Shown piece by piece: positions 51,011 to 64,000 of a DNA stretch of 64,000 nt. The stretch lies in assembly GCA_964016885.1 (NCBI GenBank), contig OZ024745.1, positions 111,228,001-111,292,000 on the forward strand, written 5' to 3'. The DNA comes from Eledone cirrhosa. Its lineage: Eukaryota. The position numbers and the translations under genes were made by a program. Below the pieces are notes generated by a model, which was given only the letters and a program-made list of their open reading frames with translations, was not told where the DNA came from and did not search any database. Within the stretch, counting starts at the first letter, position 1; each line of letters opens with the position of its first letter.

Positions 51011-53809
51011 AGTAACTTTAAACAAATCCAGTCTTAAAATTGATAAGTAACATATTGCTAGGCAGGGGCATCATTTTCTTGCAGATTAACAGAATTTTGC
51101 TGGATGAAACAAGTGATGTTGTACAAATTCCAATTATAAATGCTATGTGAACCATATTATAGCTTGTGAGGCTATAATATAAGAACAATATGTGACTAAA
51201 GAGATATTTCCAAATTTTTCATGCAACTTTTTTTTTTTTTTTTTTTGAACGATAGTAGAATGTGATCTGAGACAGATTTGGCTGTTATTTCTAACAGGAT
51301 GAGTAACAACTTAGAGGATTGATGGAAACAGTGTTATGATCCAGTGGTTCAGAGATATGGTACAAACGAAGGATGGAGATAATAACAAAGAGAAAGAATG
51401 AACTGTGAAAAGTGTAAAATATAAATAATGTAAACATATTTTGTTAATGAAAATGATGGTAGTTTGATGACCTTTAATGCATTTTAACTAAATATTCTAT
51501 TGTTTTCATTTCATATTTTCCCTATTTCATATATTGAAAATAAGCATTAACAAAAAATATAAATTAAATAAAAATAAAATAAATGTGAAAAACAGAGTGG
51601 TACTTAAAATGCAATTCTTTAAATAAAAAAGATTAAGCTCAACTTGGTTCGGAAAGAAATTTGTCAGGAAAAAAGATTGCATTTTGTACTAAACCAGACA
51701 GATTTTAGTTACATACAAAATATTTTCCTTAATTACTCTATGATTTTATTTTCTTCACATATTTTTAAGTTGAAAAGGAAATTGCAAATCTTTATTAATT
51801 TGAGCTAAAAGACATCTCTAAATCAACTGTGTAAGTGTATATACATTTCTATACACACAAAAAATACTATACATATTTACACAAATACATATATAAAAGT
51901 AAAGTAAGATGAAAAGTGGGTATACAGGAAATGTATCATATACTTGTATGCTTTTGTGAAGATATTAGCTATGTGAATAGGTTTCAGGTGTCTACATAAA
52001 GAGCAACCATGAAAATAGACTGTAATTCAGCAGTAGACTGACACTTAGACTAATAGCAATTTGAAAGAATCAACTCTTACATTTGAGAACTTGATAGAAA
52101 GAGAAGATATTTTTCGTTAATAAATCATAATTTCATGTTAGGTTCTTTTGAAACAATTCCAGCCAGCTTCCCAATTCAACCATTAACACAAGATACATTT
52201 CCTTAACTTTAGCTGGCCTCACTTGCATATTAAGCCTATCCATCTAACAATTTCTTTCTAGTGTTTATAAGATGCTATCATATGCCACCATCAATTGTTC
52301 CCACTCACTGTGTGGATGGGAAGAATTTTGCAATCCTAATTCAGACAGGACTGGATTAGTTCCAATAAAGGGAGTTTTGTCTTATAACATTCTATCACTT
52401 CCAATAAGCTTCAATCACAGTCATTGTGAACTCGTCTCTCCTGATTGCTTACACAGGTAATAACAAACTGCACACCACTCATAATTTAGTTGGTTCTTCT
52501 AGGAGAATATTATTATAACAATGTGTTCATTCTATCACTTCTTCACACACACAGAGACATGCATACACTTGTATATATATTTTTTTATATCTAACATAGA
52601 TAGACACAAAAAGAAACTATAGATGAATCTTCTTAAGTAAGCAATCTGTTATCACCGAAAACTAAGATCTGATATGGTATTTCACATAATATTATCATTA
52701 AGCTGATATGATTGAAGGAAGAAATATATATGTATCAGTTTCACAGTTTCCCTTAATCATAAATGGCAACTGATTCAAGTAGCAGAGAACACGGCTCCAT
52801 CCGATTAAATAGTTGAGGCTTAACTCTTTCATAATCACCACTAACTTTAATGCCTGAGTTTCATGTATGGGTTAGATAGATCTACCTAGCTGCAACACTT
52901 ACCGCAGTCATAGTACAAGTGAGCTGTAACTAGATATTTCCAAATTTTAATATGTCAACATATATTTGATTGTCCTTATTTCATTATCATCATCGTCATT
53001 GTTTAACATCTATTTTTCCACATTATCATGGGTTAGACGAGTTGTCTTGTGAGACAAGTCAGCTCAGATGATTGTGTCTTGCTCATACAGAACTGTTTCT
53101 GGATTGGTTTCTACAGCTGGATGCCCTTCCTAATGCCAACCACATTTACAGTGTGGAACTGGGTGCTTTTTATTGTGGCACCAAAACAACCACTTTACAG
53201 TGTGGACTGGGTGCTTTTTGTCGAGGCACCAGGACAACCACTTTATGACTGACAAATTTCAGAAAGCCAGTACAATGTGGTAGAAATATATAAAGAGCAA
53301 AGGATGACAAATAAAACAAAATAAAGTAATGTTTTTACCCAGTATATTTCAACATGATATTTCAGGGTTATTACACTCTTTTCAAATATGAAACGAAACC
53401 GGTTCCAAAGAAAAACAAACAATTGATGTGTTCTTCCCTAACACAGCTATTTATTACATATATCACAATTCTCCATATTAACTATAATATAGAATTAGAT
53501 TACTTCTATGACAATATCAAGGTGTACATGGACAGAAATAGAGCTTAAAAAAACTCAATCTGTTTTCTTTCGATATTATAAATTGAATTTAGTGAGTAAC
53601 CTAGCTCCAGCAATTGGCCCTATGTAAACACAGTACCACACACAGCAGATACAAGCACACATACACACTCAAGTGAGCACCATCAAGTATTCGGTGAAGG
53701 TAGTGTGTGATGCATGAATACATGCATATACATACATGTATGTATATATATGTGAGTGTTGTATGTACAAACACACACGTGCACACACACACACACATAT
53801 ATATATATA

Positions 53810-53910
53810 ATGGTTTCTGATTTAGGTACAAGGCCAACACATTTTGGGGGAAGAGAAAGTCGATTAAACCAACTCCAATACATTACTGGTACTTTATTTT
53901 ATTGACCCTG
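53810..53910 (-). mobile_element. SINE family 1 3' fragment
   Basis: 3' half of the long variant. Confidence 0.7.
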
Positions 53911-53914
53911 CCAC

Positions 53915-54400
53915 ACAAATGCTACTGTAGAGCCACTACATCTGCTTTCTCGTTGCTATAGCGTTGGTTGTTTCTCACAGCATACCGCCTTGAGAAAAGT
54001 GTCATTAGTAGGGCCCTTGACACAGCCAGATTCCCATTTCAACCAAACCTGTCAGACTTTACCACAGTGACCACAAGCACCCAAATAGGATAGCCTTTTT
54101 TCCTGTTTGAGGAAGCTAGCTGCATGATGCGATACTTTCTCCAATACCAACATCATTGCTTCAGTCACAAACCTGACTAAATACCTGCCATTGAAGTACT
54201 GTTTTCTTTTTATGCCAGTTGCCCTCAACACCTCCACTGTCTTCAGTCCTCAAACTGCCATTTTCCTCTGCTAAATTAGGAAAAGGTGGAATGGCTGATA
54301 CAGCGGATATCACTGGCTGTTCTCAGTAACAATGCTTTCATCATTTTGTTTGCTAGGCACAAATGATATATCATCCAGCCATGAGTGTAGAGTTTACCCC
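53915..54400 (+). mobile_element. decayed CRE-type endonuclease region
   Basis: ..RALDTARFP.. and EWLIQRISLAVLSNNAFIIL. Confidence 0.65.
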
Positions 54401-54613
54401 TCCCATCTATTTATTTATTTTCCTTTTTTTTCTCTATTTTGTCACATAGACTCTACATATATAATGTATTGAGTTCTTTAGTGAGTTGCGGGCTCCTTGA
54501 CTTTTCTTTGTAATTTACAATGTGTGGGGCAGGGGGTGGGTTGACATAAATTTTGTGATTAAGCAAATTAATCTACATTAATCTTCTTGTCTTTCGACCA
54601 CCTTTATATTTTA

Positions 54614-54974
54614 CTAGAATTTTTCAGCATGCTGATGTGTACGTGTACATGTGTGTATGTGTGTATGTGCATATGCATACATTTATATGTATGAGTATAT
54701 AAATATAAATGCACAAACACATTTACAAAAATACACACTCACAGACATACATTCACACAAACACACACATACATACACATACATTCACATACATTTACAT
54801 AAACACACACATACACAACGTATCAAATGAAACGCCAGCCACTGTTTTGCTATAGTTTTTTCACCATCCCATTCCTTCCTTTTACACACACACATATATT
54901 CACACATACATTCACACACACACACACATTGTGTGACAGACGGACAGACAGAGTTACTCAAATTTATATATAGA
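54614..54974 (-). mobile_element. short non-autonomous Helitron
   Basis: Minus strand A|TCTATATATAAA..CTGTCTGTCCGTCTGTC start; TCAGCATGCTGA palindrome plus CTAG|T end. Confidence 0.7.
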
Positions 54975-57384
54975 TTCAGAGCCTTTCACCGTTGTTTAAA
55001 TGCAATGAAGCTCATAAGGCAGATTCACAAAGGTGTTTATAGAAGAATCATGTGAAGATAATAAAAAAAGTAAGAATGTTATTATCATCACACACATCTT
55101 GCACGCACATCAAGTCAGAGTGTAATAACAGGAAATATGTCGCACTCTATAAATTAAAACTTCCTGACTCACATTGGATCCTTACCGGAGCACTTTTAAC
55201 TCCTTCAGTTATTTTGAATTGCTTAAGGAGAAGTTGGCAACTTACAGGCAAAAATCTTTAAGGGTACGTTTTCTTTACAGTTTTCTGTTGTATTTTTTTC
55301 CCTTCTCTTTTGGCATAGGTATAACGTTGTATACAGGTAAAAATGACATATATCCTGTTTTAGTTTTCTTTTTTCTTTTCATTTTTTAAAGAATAGTTAT
55401 GCCATTCTTTCACAGGGAAATAAAATTAGAGTGAAATTCTAGAAAAACTGAGGAAATTTGCCAAAAATATATTTTGCATGACTTGAGAAACTTTCAGGAA
55501 ACTTACCCTTTTTTGTGTTTAAGGATGTATAGTTTTTGTGTTTATATTAATGGTTCTGTGATGACGCCAAATACCAATAATGCCTGCAGTGGCAGAAAAT
55601 TATCAGAGTTCTGGTTTAGAGATTGTTATTTAGGAGTTAGCTAATGGAAGGCAGTCAGAATCTTCATAATAGTTACACCCAAAATTGGTTCTTTTCTCCA
55701 GTTTTTTTTTTGTTTTTTTGTTTTTTTTGTTTGTTTTTTTAAACTGTGTAAATGATGTTTCAGTGAATATTGTAGAGTGGAAGACAAGCTCGTGGCAAAC
55801 TAAGTATATCATTCTATTTTGATTTCCAGTTATAGTAATTTCCCTTCACTCACATTGCAAATAATATTGGAAACAACATAAACATTCCAAGCCCCAGTAG
55901 AATAAATCAGCAATAGATAGAAACTTTTGATGATAAAAAGTCAATCATTTGATGTTGTTACACTTATATATATATATAAAATATTGTGTATATGAAATAT
56001 TGTGTATAAATAATATTGTATAATTGAAATACTGTTCATATATTTTTATAAACTTTACCCAATATATATTTCAAGTGAGAAGTACTGAATACATTAAACT
56101 TTTACTAATGTAAGCTAAAAAGCTTGCAATAGTTTAAATTTTAAACAATGTTTTTCAGAAATTTCAAGAATTTTCCTTTTTCATTTTGAACATTGTTTTT
56201 AGATAATTTGAAGTGAAACTAGATGACTCAGAGAAATCTCCTTTCTGGATACTCTATAGATTGACGTTTTGTGAGGGAATTCTTACTTTTATGTTTACAA
56301 AAGTTAACTGACAGCTTAAGAAAACATAAAAATAATGGCATCACAGTTTTAAATATAGAAATTTTGTTTTCTCACTGGTCAGAACCCTTTTAATGATTAT
56401 TGAAAGAGACAAGGAATCTAAATTATTTGGTAAGAAATATTATGCATCATTCATCTTTGTTTGTTTGTTTACCTACTTAATAAGCAGGACAGAGAAAAAG
56501 TGGAAGTAGTGGCAGAAAGACTTTAAACGTATCTATTCAGATAGATGTGATTAAAGACAAAGAAATTCAGGATGTAAAATTGATGAGTGGTTATGACAAG
56601 TTATTTAGAATCACATGAAAAGAAGATATCATTATATAAATATACAATTTTACAAATGAACAAAATAAGCAGACTGGATATTAAATTATGAAATTAATGA
56701 AGGTATGCAGGAAAATCAGGTTATGTAAAAACACTACAGAGAATCAATATAATGGACAGACAAAATGAAGAAAGCTATAAAAGAAACTGCATGAAACACT
56801 TAGAAAACTATTACATTGCTACAAAGTAAATAATATCCTTATCTCATTTTTATTCTATTAATGTTTTAAATATTATTGCTATTTCAGAAGAGAAATGACC
56901 ATTATTCTTTTAAGAGTTAGTCAGAGGAAAAGAGGAAATTGTTCTCGGACCAGTGGCCTTATGATAGTGTTAAACTTAGTGTATCAACCATGAAGAGGGC
57001 CAGGCCCTTGCAAATAGGTTCCACACAGTTTTTGTCAATTAAATTTCACATACAAGGCATTGGAGGACCTGACAATATAACAAGAGACATTTACTTGCTC
57101 TTATTTGCTGGGTTGCACATCAATATTTACTATTTAATTAATTACATGACTGGCAAATGCACATTATGTAGGTTAGACAGCCCATTTCAGTCAATTTGTA
57201 TTTGATATAAATAACGATTGACAAACATTTTTTTTTCATAGACAAAAGGATAAGAATACTTGTTTTCTGATGAACAGCCAATCTCATGTTTGTCTGTGTA
57301 CAAGAGAATAACAGAATATTTCAACATTTGTACCTCTTCAAAATGAGACTTATAAGCTATAATTATTCCAAATCCAGAGCCCTT

Positions 57385-57780
57385 TTCACTCTTGTTGGAG
57401 GAACCCTTCCCTGGTTGACCTCCACCACCTCCTATCTCTGGCCATATTGGACCATGTGGGTCTAAGGTATCAGGTTAGATTGTTATGCCATTTTGCCTTT
57501 AGTTGCTCTCTTGTTTTTCTCTATGGTCTTGGTGTCCACTCTATCACATTAATAGTATACCTGTTGTCTCTGAGATGAGAGACATGACCAGCCCATCTAT
57601 GATTGCCTTCATTGATGGTCTCAACTATGTTCTCCACTCCAGACTACTGTGAAATCCAGGTGTTTCTCTTCCTGTCATGTAAGGTGATGCCAAGTAAGAT
57701 TCACACCATTGTATGTTGGGCCACTGCAAGAGTCTCTGCAGCGGTGTTGTTTAGTGCCCATGTCTCATTTACATAAGTTA
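57385..57780 (-). mobile_element. decayed RTE LINE 3' fragment
   Basis: Minus strand encodes RWAGHVSH and ..GITLHDRKRNTWI.. Confidence 0.7.
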
Positions 57781-58899
57781 TACTTACTTTCAATTTACCA
57801 TAAATTTTCCAATAATTATTTAATATATTTCTAGGATGGTATCAGATTGACACTATACCAGTATATAATAATTTCTGCTAAAATTTGTGATAACATGTAA
57901 CAGACTCATCATCATTTTATGTCTGTTTTTCCATGCTAGCATTCCTTCATCATCTCTTCTGGTTCAACATTTTGATATCAGCTCTAACCACCTCTACTCA
58001 GATTTTTCTCAGTCAATCTCTACTGCAGCTTCCTTATAACATTTTGTTGTTGGGTAGCAATAACTGGCTGTGGATGAGCATATGCTCTTTTACTTTTGTA
58101 CTGAGCTGCAATCATACTAAAGCAACACTTTGAAGGGCTTTTGACAATCATATTTCACTCTAGTTCTAATTTCATAGATATCTATTTGTTGAAGTTATGG
58201 GACACTAAAGAAACATAAAAGACACAACAGTACTGAAACATAAACACATGTATGGACACACACACACGCACACACCACACACTTACACACAAACATTCCT
58301 GGGGGGGGGGGGGGGGGTCGATAAAATATAAGTACCAGTCAAGTACTGGGTTCAATTTTAATGGGTTAAACCCTCACCACTAAATTTCTGGCCTTAGGCC
58401 TAAATTAAAAACCGTTATTATTTTTTTCAGATATGCTTCCTGGCATAGAGTTACACACATACATGATAGGATTCTGTACAGTTTCTGTCAAACAAATTCC
58501 ACCCAAATAGTATTGGCTGACCCAAGATCATACAAGATGACACTTTCCTAAGGTGTCAAACAATGGGATTGAAATTAGAACCACATTGGCTGCAAAACTT
58601 CTTAACCACACAGCCAATAAAATATTTATGTGAAAACCACAAACTCACCTAGATTTTGTGTTTTAAGTTTTTGAATTTTTTATCTGTGTAAGTGGCTTTA
58701 TTTTAGCAATATTAATGATGTACAAAAGTTACATTGATCTCAACAAGATTTGATCTTAGATCAGACAGTTCCTGTACAGTGTTTCAATTTAACTGTTTTT
58801 GGTGCTCCCACAACCGAGATAAAATAACTAGAATCGATGAAGCTATGGTTCCAAATATGTGAAATGAAAGTTAACAGATATCTAAAAGAATTGGTGTTA

Positions 58900-59645
58900 A
58901 GCACCAGTAATGCACTGGGGTAATTGCTGGCCTTGTGCCAAAAGTAGAAACAATTATTATTATTGTTGTTGTTGAGGGCGGTGGATTGGCAGTATCGGTA
59001 GAGCATCGAACACCATGCTTTGCAGCATAGAGCTATGGCCCTTTACATTCTGAATTCAAATCCTGTCAAGGTTAGCTTTACCTTTCATCTTTACGGGGTC
59101 AATAAAATAAAGCACCAGTAATGCACTGGAGTAATTGCTGGCCTTGTGCCAAAAGTAGAAACAATTATTATTATTAGGGGGTGTGAAGGCGCATGGCTTA
59201 GTGGTTAGAGCATTGGGCTTGCAATCAAAAGGTTGTGAGTTCAATTCTCGGACCGGGTGATGTGTTATTTCCTTGAGCAAGACACTTTATTTCAAGTTGC
59301 TCCAGTTTACTGGGGTCCCTATCATTAAATTGTCCAAGACACCTCCAGCGAGATATACCTTGGAGGAGGCCAGCTAAACCTGCATAGGTGTGAGCTGTAA
59401 AACAACAACAACAACAAACATTAGGGCGGTGGATAGGCAGAATTGGTAGAGAGCCGGACACCATGCTTTGTTGTATGGAGTTTCGTCCCTTTGCGTTCTG
59501 ATTTCAAATCCCACCAAGGTTAGCTTTGCCTTTCATCCTTACGAGGGGTTGATGAAATACACCAGTAATACACTGAAATCGATTTAATTGACTTTCCCCC
59601 CTCTCCCTAAATTGCTGGCCTTGTGCTTATACTAGAAATCATTAT
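58900..59645 (+). mobile_element. SINE cluster: family 1 fragment, family 1 (58975-59168), CORE-like family 2 (about 59180-59418), family 1 long variant (59423-59645)
   Basis: A/B boxes in each full copy. Family 2 has TGGCTTAGTGG, GAGTTCAATTC, CCTTGAGCAAGACACTTTATTTC and an (AAC)n tail. Confidence 0.85.
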
Positions 59646-60039
59646 TTAAAAGGTTTTATTACACATTTTCACTGCACCATCAAATGTAGCTCTGTCAGTC
59701 TATGGTTTGTACAGTATTTTGTTTTTTCTTCTTCCTCCACCATCTCACCCCTGCTTTTTTTACATTTTAGTATATTCTATTGTAGTGTCAATACTTTTGC
59801 CTTGAATATTTTTGGCCCTTGTGGCCAAGAAAAGAAATAAACATCACCATTATCATGGCCATGATGATGATTATGGTGGTAGTGGTGATTATGCTTGTTA
59901 TATTTACTATTATGGTTATTGTTTTTGTTTGTTGTTCACTGTAATTTTTTTATGGTTGACATGATGATGATTATATTCTTCATATTGTTATTATTCTTGA
60001 AGCTGTTGCTGCTATTAATAATGTCACTAATGTTGCTGG

Positions 60040-60200
60040 TATCATCATCATCACCATCATCACCATCACCATCACCATCACCATCACCATCACCATCACC
60101 ATCATCATCATCACCACCATCGTCGTCATCAACACTACTATCATCATCGCCGTCATCATTATTATTTTTATTCTTACAATTATTATTACCATCATTATTA
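60040..60200. repeat. (CATCAC)n/(CAT)n microsatellite
   Basis: Direct inspection. Confidence 0.9.
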
Positions 60201-60770
60201 TTCCACATCACTGAGTGGATAGATAGACTAAAGGCCACATCAATAAAAGACAATCCAAAAATTGTTCTGCATCATTTAAGAAGAAAAATGGACAAGTAAA
60301 TAGAATAATACACAGTAGTTGTATTCTTCAGAATGGCTTTATAATAATTTCACCGTCGTCAGAAATACTTGCCTTAGAAATCCACTTACAACTTGGAATC
60401 ACCAATAGTAACTGCTCTTGCATAAGTAATACAGTCTTTCCATGGAAACTACACTGCTTTTCAATTTAGCCAATGTAACATACACAGTCCATATAACTTA
60501 AATAATAACAGTTCAAATGCTTTTCAATAAAAACTAATCTATTTGTATGATTTTCGCCTCTCAAAATAGTAGATAAGGAGTGAAAATTGTTAAGAGTTTT
60601 TTGTATATATGTTTGCTATATTTCTCTAATCTAGCAAAACTAGAAAAAGATACCCAGATTGATTTTTGGGGTTGGGTTAATAGTATTACCAGCAAAGTTT
60701 TCAAAATTATTGTGTATTTATTTACTAACAAAACTGTACCTATTTCTCCAACATTATTTCAGAAATTAAA

Positions 60771-60956
60771 GGGCGGTGGATTGGCAGTATCGGTAGAGGG
60801 TCGGACGCCATGCTTTCCAGCATAGTTACGTCCCTTTATGATCTGAGTTCAAATCCCGCCGAGGTTAACTTTGCCTTTCATCCTTACGGGGTCGATAAAA
60901 TAAAGTACCAGTAATGCACTGGGATAATTGCTGGCCTTGTGCCTAAAGTAGAAACA
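60771..60956 (+). mobile_element. full-length young SINE family 1 with 18-bp TSD
   Basis: TSD ATTATTTCAGAAATTAAA at 60753-60770 and 60957-60974; A box 60782-60793; B box GTTCAAATC 60847-60855. Confidence 0.95.
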
Positions 60957-61419
60957 ATTATTTCAGAAATTAAAACTATGATACTATTATTATTATTCAA
61001 ATTTTAATTTACTACAACCAGTTGATGGTTCATATTCTATTGCAAGTGCCACAACACTTGATCCCCAACAACTCAGTTCTCAGTTCACTTGGCTGAATGT
61101 ATAAATAGGCTCATCAAGGAAGTGGCCACACATGATATGTAGAAAAGGAGCAAGTAAGAATTATATATGAGGGTACACAAGAGATGTAATGGGACTGAAG
61201 GCAAACGAATACAAAAGGTAGACTTTATATGTAGGAGATGCACAGGGGTAATTAGTAACAAGAGCCCCAAAGCAATAAACTTTCTCTAATTCTGGGAAAG
61301 CACCATAGAGTCTGCAGTGCTGAAAGCGAGGTGACCACAGCAATAAAAGGCTTACTGACCATACAAACCGAAACCACTTGTTACTGTTGTCAGGATTTAA
61401 CATATATATTATATATATA

Positions 61420-61641
61420 GAGGAACGATCGACTTTCGTCAAATCGGACCGAGGAAACAATGTTTCCGTTGGTCTTTCCAATTGCTAATACTATCTATCG
61501 GTCGCAACTCCAGGTAGAAGGGGCAACGTGAAATAAAGTGTCTTGCTCGAGAACATAACGCATCGCCTGGTCCAGGAATCGAACTCACAACCTTACGATT
61601 GTGAATCCAATTCTCTAACCACTCAGCCACACGCCTTCACT
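61420..61641 (-). mobile_element. CORE-like SINE family 2
   Basis: Minus strand GTGAAGGCGTGTGGCTGAGTGG...GAGTTCGATTCC...CTCGAGCAAGACACTTTATTTC. Confidence 0.8.
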
Positions 61642-61684
61642 TTATTATATATTATATATATATATATATACATACATATAGATG

Positions 61685-62000
61685 ATAAATGAAACAAATT
61701 AGGTTCACACTTGGAGCAAGTGCAGGAGGGTTTGACGTTTTTGACAGAAGTCTTTCATCAGGAAAGTTCAGATAGGAGAGAACAGGTAGGTACATAATAG
61801 TAGTATGTGGAAGTTAGGAAAGGGTATTGAGGGAAAGGGTATTGGGAGAAGATTGATAGGTTGGGGAGTAGTATGAAAGAGGTCTGGCATTGGGGATGGA
61901 GGTTCAAAGTAGAAGGTCCAGGGTTGACATGGGTGTGGTTGAGTGTGTGTTGAAGGGATGAAAGTGGTAGGTGTGCGTTGCTTCAGTCTGTGTGTGTGAA
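61685..62000 (-). mobile_element. Penelope-like 3' remnant with decayed hammerhead (61728-61767)
   Basis: Minus strand CTGATGA AAGAC TTCT GTC AAAAACGTC, compared with the PLE pattern CTGATGA..CGAAACGTC; runs into (TA)n. Confidence 0.5.
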
Positions 62001-62194
62001 CATGTGGGTGTCTCAGGGTCTTATATTGTTGGTGTGTGTGTGTGTGGCTGTGAGTTCTTTGTTTTTGTGCATGTGTGTGTGCCAGTGAGTGAGTGTGTTT
62101 ATCTATTTTCATGTATATGTTGTGTGAGTGTGTCTACACATGTGAGTGAAGGTGACTTTTTTCTATTGTTTCTATATATGCATGTGTGTGTATG

Positions 62195-62235
<41 letters not shown>

Positions 62236-63192
62236 ATATAAGTGTGTGTGAGAGAGAGAGAGTATACATACATACAGATAGACATTATATGATCATTACG
62301 TCAGGAGTGTTGTTGGTTTATTTTATTTTTACAGTCTCTTTTATGGTAGGCATATGGATTTTATCCCAGCATAATTTTATATAAGAACCATATGTTATGT
62401 TGCAAATACTGTCTTAATAAAATAATTATTATAAATTCTTCATTAATCAATTAATTTTATTGGAAATGTGCTAATGAAAGATCTAAGTCTACCACACATA
62501 GACAAATAAGCTTTACTAATACTTATCACTAATATGGAATATATATTCTACAAATTTATTTCTATTTTTTTAAGATATAAAGATAGGTAAAATAGTAAAA
62601 TTCTTTGTAAAACCTTGAGGATCAACAGTATTTTCAGAATATCTTGCTTTACTAACAAAAAGAATCAAATCTTTAGTGTAGCTGGTAGCTCTACATGGTT
62701 GTGAGTCATGAACTTTAAAGGCCTCTGGCTTGAAACGACTGAGGGCATTAGAAATGTCATGCTATAGGCAGTAATTCTGAATATGCTTATTTAAATTTAA
62801 AATTTAACTTCTACAATTTTTGCTCCCCAAGTACCATTTAGGACACTGAAGTAAACTGCTATTTTTCAGAGGTTTATAAAGGCATAATTTTACTTCTGTT
62901 TCTAGTTACCCCAGATTAGTCCAATTTGTAAAAATCTATGATTAAATGCATTCCAGGTACAATGACTCAACCTATCGTTTTTCTAGGCACTATACACCAC
63001 AGACCACATTCTACAATATGTTGATATCTTTCTAAGAGTGTATGCTGTGATATGAGCCCATGTTTGGCTGCTATTTCTTTCAGTTTCAACAACTTCATAG
63101 AGGCACCCTCATTGACTTCATTACTTTAATCTTTTTACATACCAGTTGATTTGTTTCGAACATGTCTCCCTTCCGTTTTAACACTGAGTGAA

Positions 63193-63385
63193 TAATTGTT
63201 TTTACTTTTGGCATAAGGCCAGCAATTACCCCAGTGCATTACTGGTGCTTTGTTTTATCAATCCTGTAAGGATGAAGGCAAAGTTAACCTCGACGGGATT
63301 TGAACTCAGAACGTAAAGGGCCATAACTCTATTCTACAAAGCATGTTGTCCGACCCTCTATCAATACCACGAATCCACCACCCTT
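63193..63385 (-). mobile_element. SINE family 1
   Basis: Core and B box. Confidence 0.85.
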
Positions 63386-63629
63386 AATTGAATGATGCTA
63401 GCAAGACATATGATCTAAAACAATAAGAAAGAACATGTCTAAATATTTAGATGTATGTCTGAGTCTATCAAAGTGTGCCAAGTTTACAGTTAATGTGAAT
63501 AGTTGCATCAATATGTGCATGAATATGAAAATATCGACAACCTTAATACTTGCATTTATAAAGGAATAAGAATATATTGCTGTGTGAGCATTTATAAATG
63601 AATCAACATCATTGTTTTTATGTTCGTTT

Positions 63630-64000
63630 TTCCACACTCACATGGTCCTTTTCAGCACGGTATCTCTCCACTTGTCGTGTTCCTTCGTCATTTCCTCTAT
63701 GAGTCTCAACGATTTGAGATCAGCTTTCACCATCTCCACCCACGTTTTCCTTGGCCTACCTCAACTGCGGCTTCTTTGCACTGGGATTTCATGGCACTTC
63801 TTCACCCAACGATCTTCATCTATGCACATCATATGTTCGTACCTACATAGTATTCTCTTTTGCACACCACTTCAGATTCCTCTTAAATCCAGTTTCTCCC
63901 TTAGTTCTGCTTTTCTATCACATTTACATTGAACATCCAACAGAAAATGGTAGCTTCATTTCTCTCCAGCCTACTCATGTCCTCTTCAGTTACAACCCAT
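63630..64000 (-). mobile_element. RTE LINE 3' region, runs off the window
   Basis: Minus strand ..GRPRKTWVEMVKADLKSLRLIEEMTKEHDKWRYTVLKRT matches the end of the RTE at 44660-44780. Confidence 0.8.

Noticed and set aside
55507-55583. Possible minus-strand exon with GTAAGT donor
   Set aside because: Stops in all three frames and no MRPS16 similarity.
60771-60860. tRNA gene
   Set aside because: The A/B boxes belong to a multicopy SINE head with TSD; no cloverleaf.

Overview
AT-rich, repeat-dense animal genomic DNA. The SINE and RTE repertoire and the microsatellite load point to a coleoid cephalopod such as Octopus (inference). It is not prokaryotic, and almost all listed ORFs are microsatellite or transposon artefacts. 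The only host coding sequence I recognise with confidence is the last exon of mitochondrial ribosomal protein S16 (MRPS16-like; minus strand, 30165-30286, AATAAA at 30118-30123). I did not find its upstream exons, so 30287-64000 is probably one long intron. The rest is transposon debris: tRNA-derived SINEs, TTAA-flanked piggyBac-type MITEs, non-autonomous Helitrons, and RTE, CR1, Tx1, Vingi and CRE LINE fragments. The most striking signal is a set of long, near-perfect DNA palindromes beside or centred on (TA)n/(TATG)n tracts. The largest (11939-12487) carries a minimal type I hammerhead ribozyme plus AATAAA on each arm, the signature of Penelope-like element (PLE) terminal repeats. Decayed hammerhead cores occur in other palindromes and remnants. 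Coordinates of degraded repeats are approximate.
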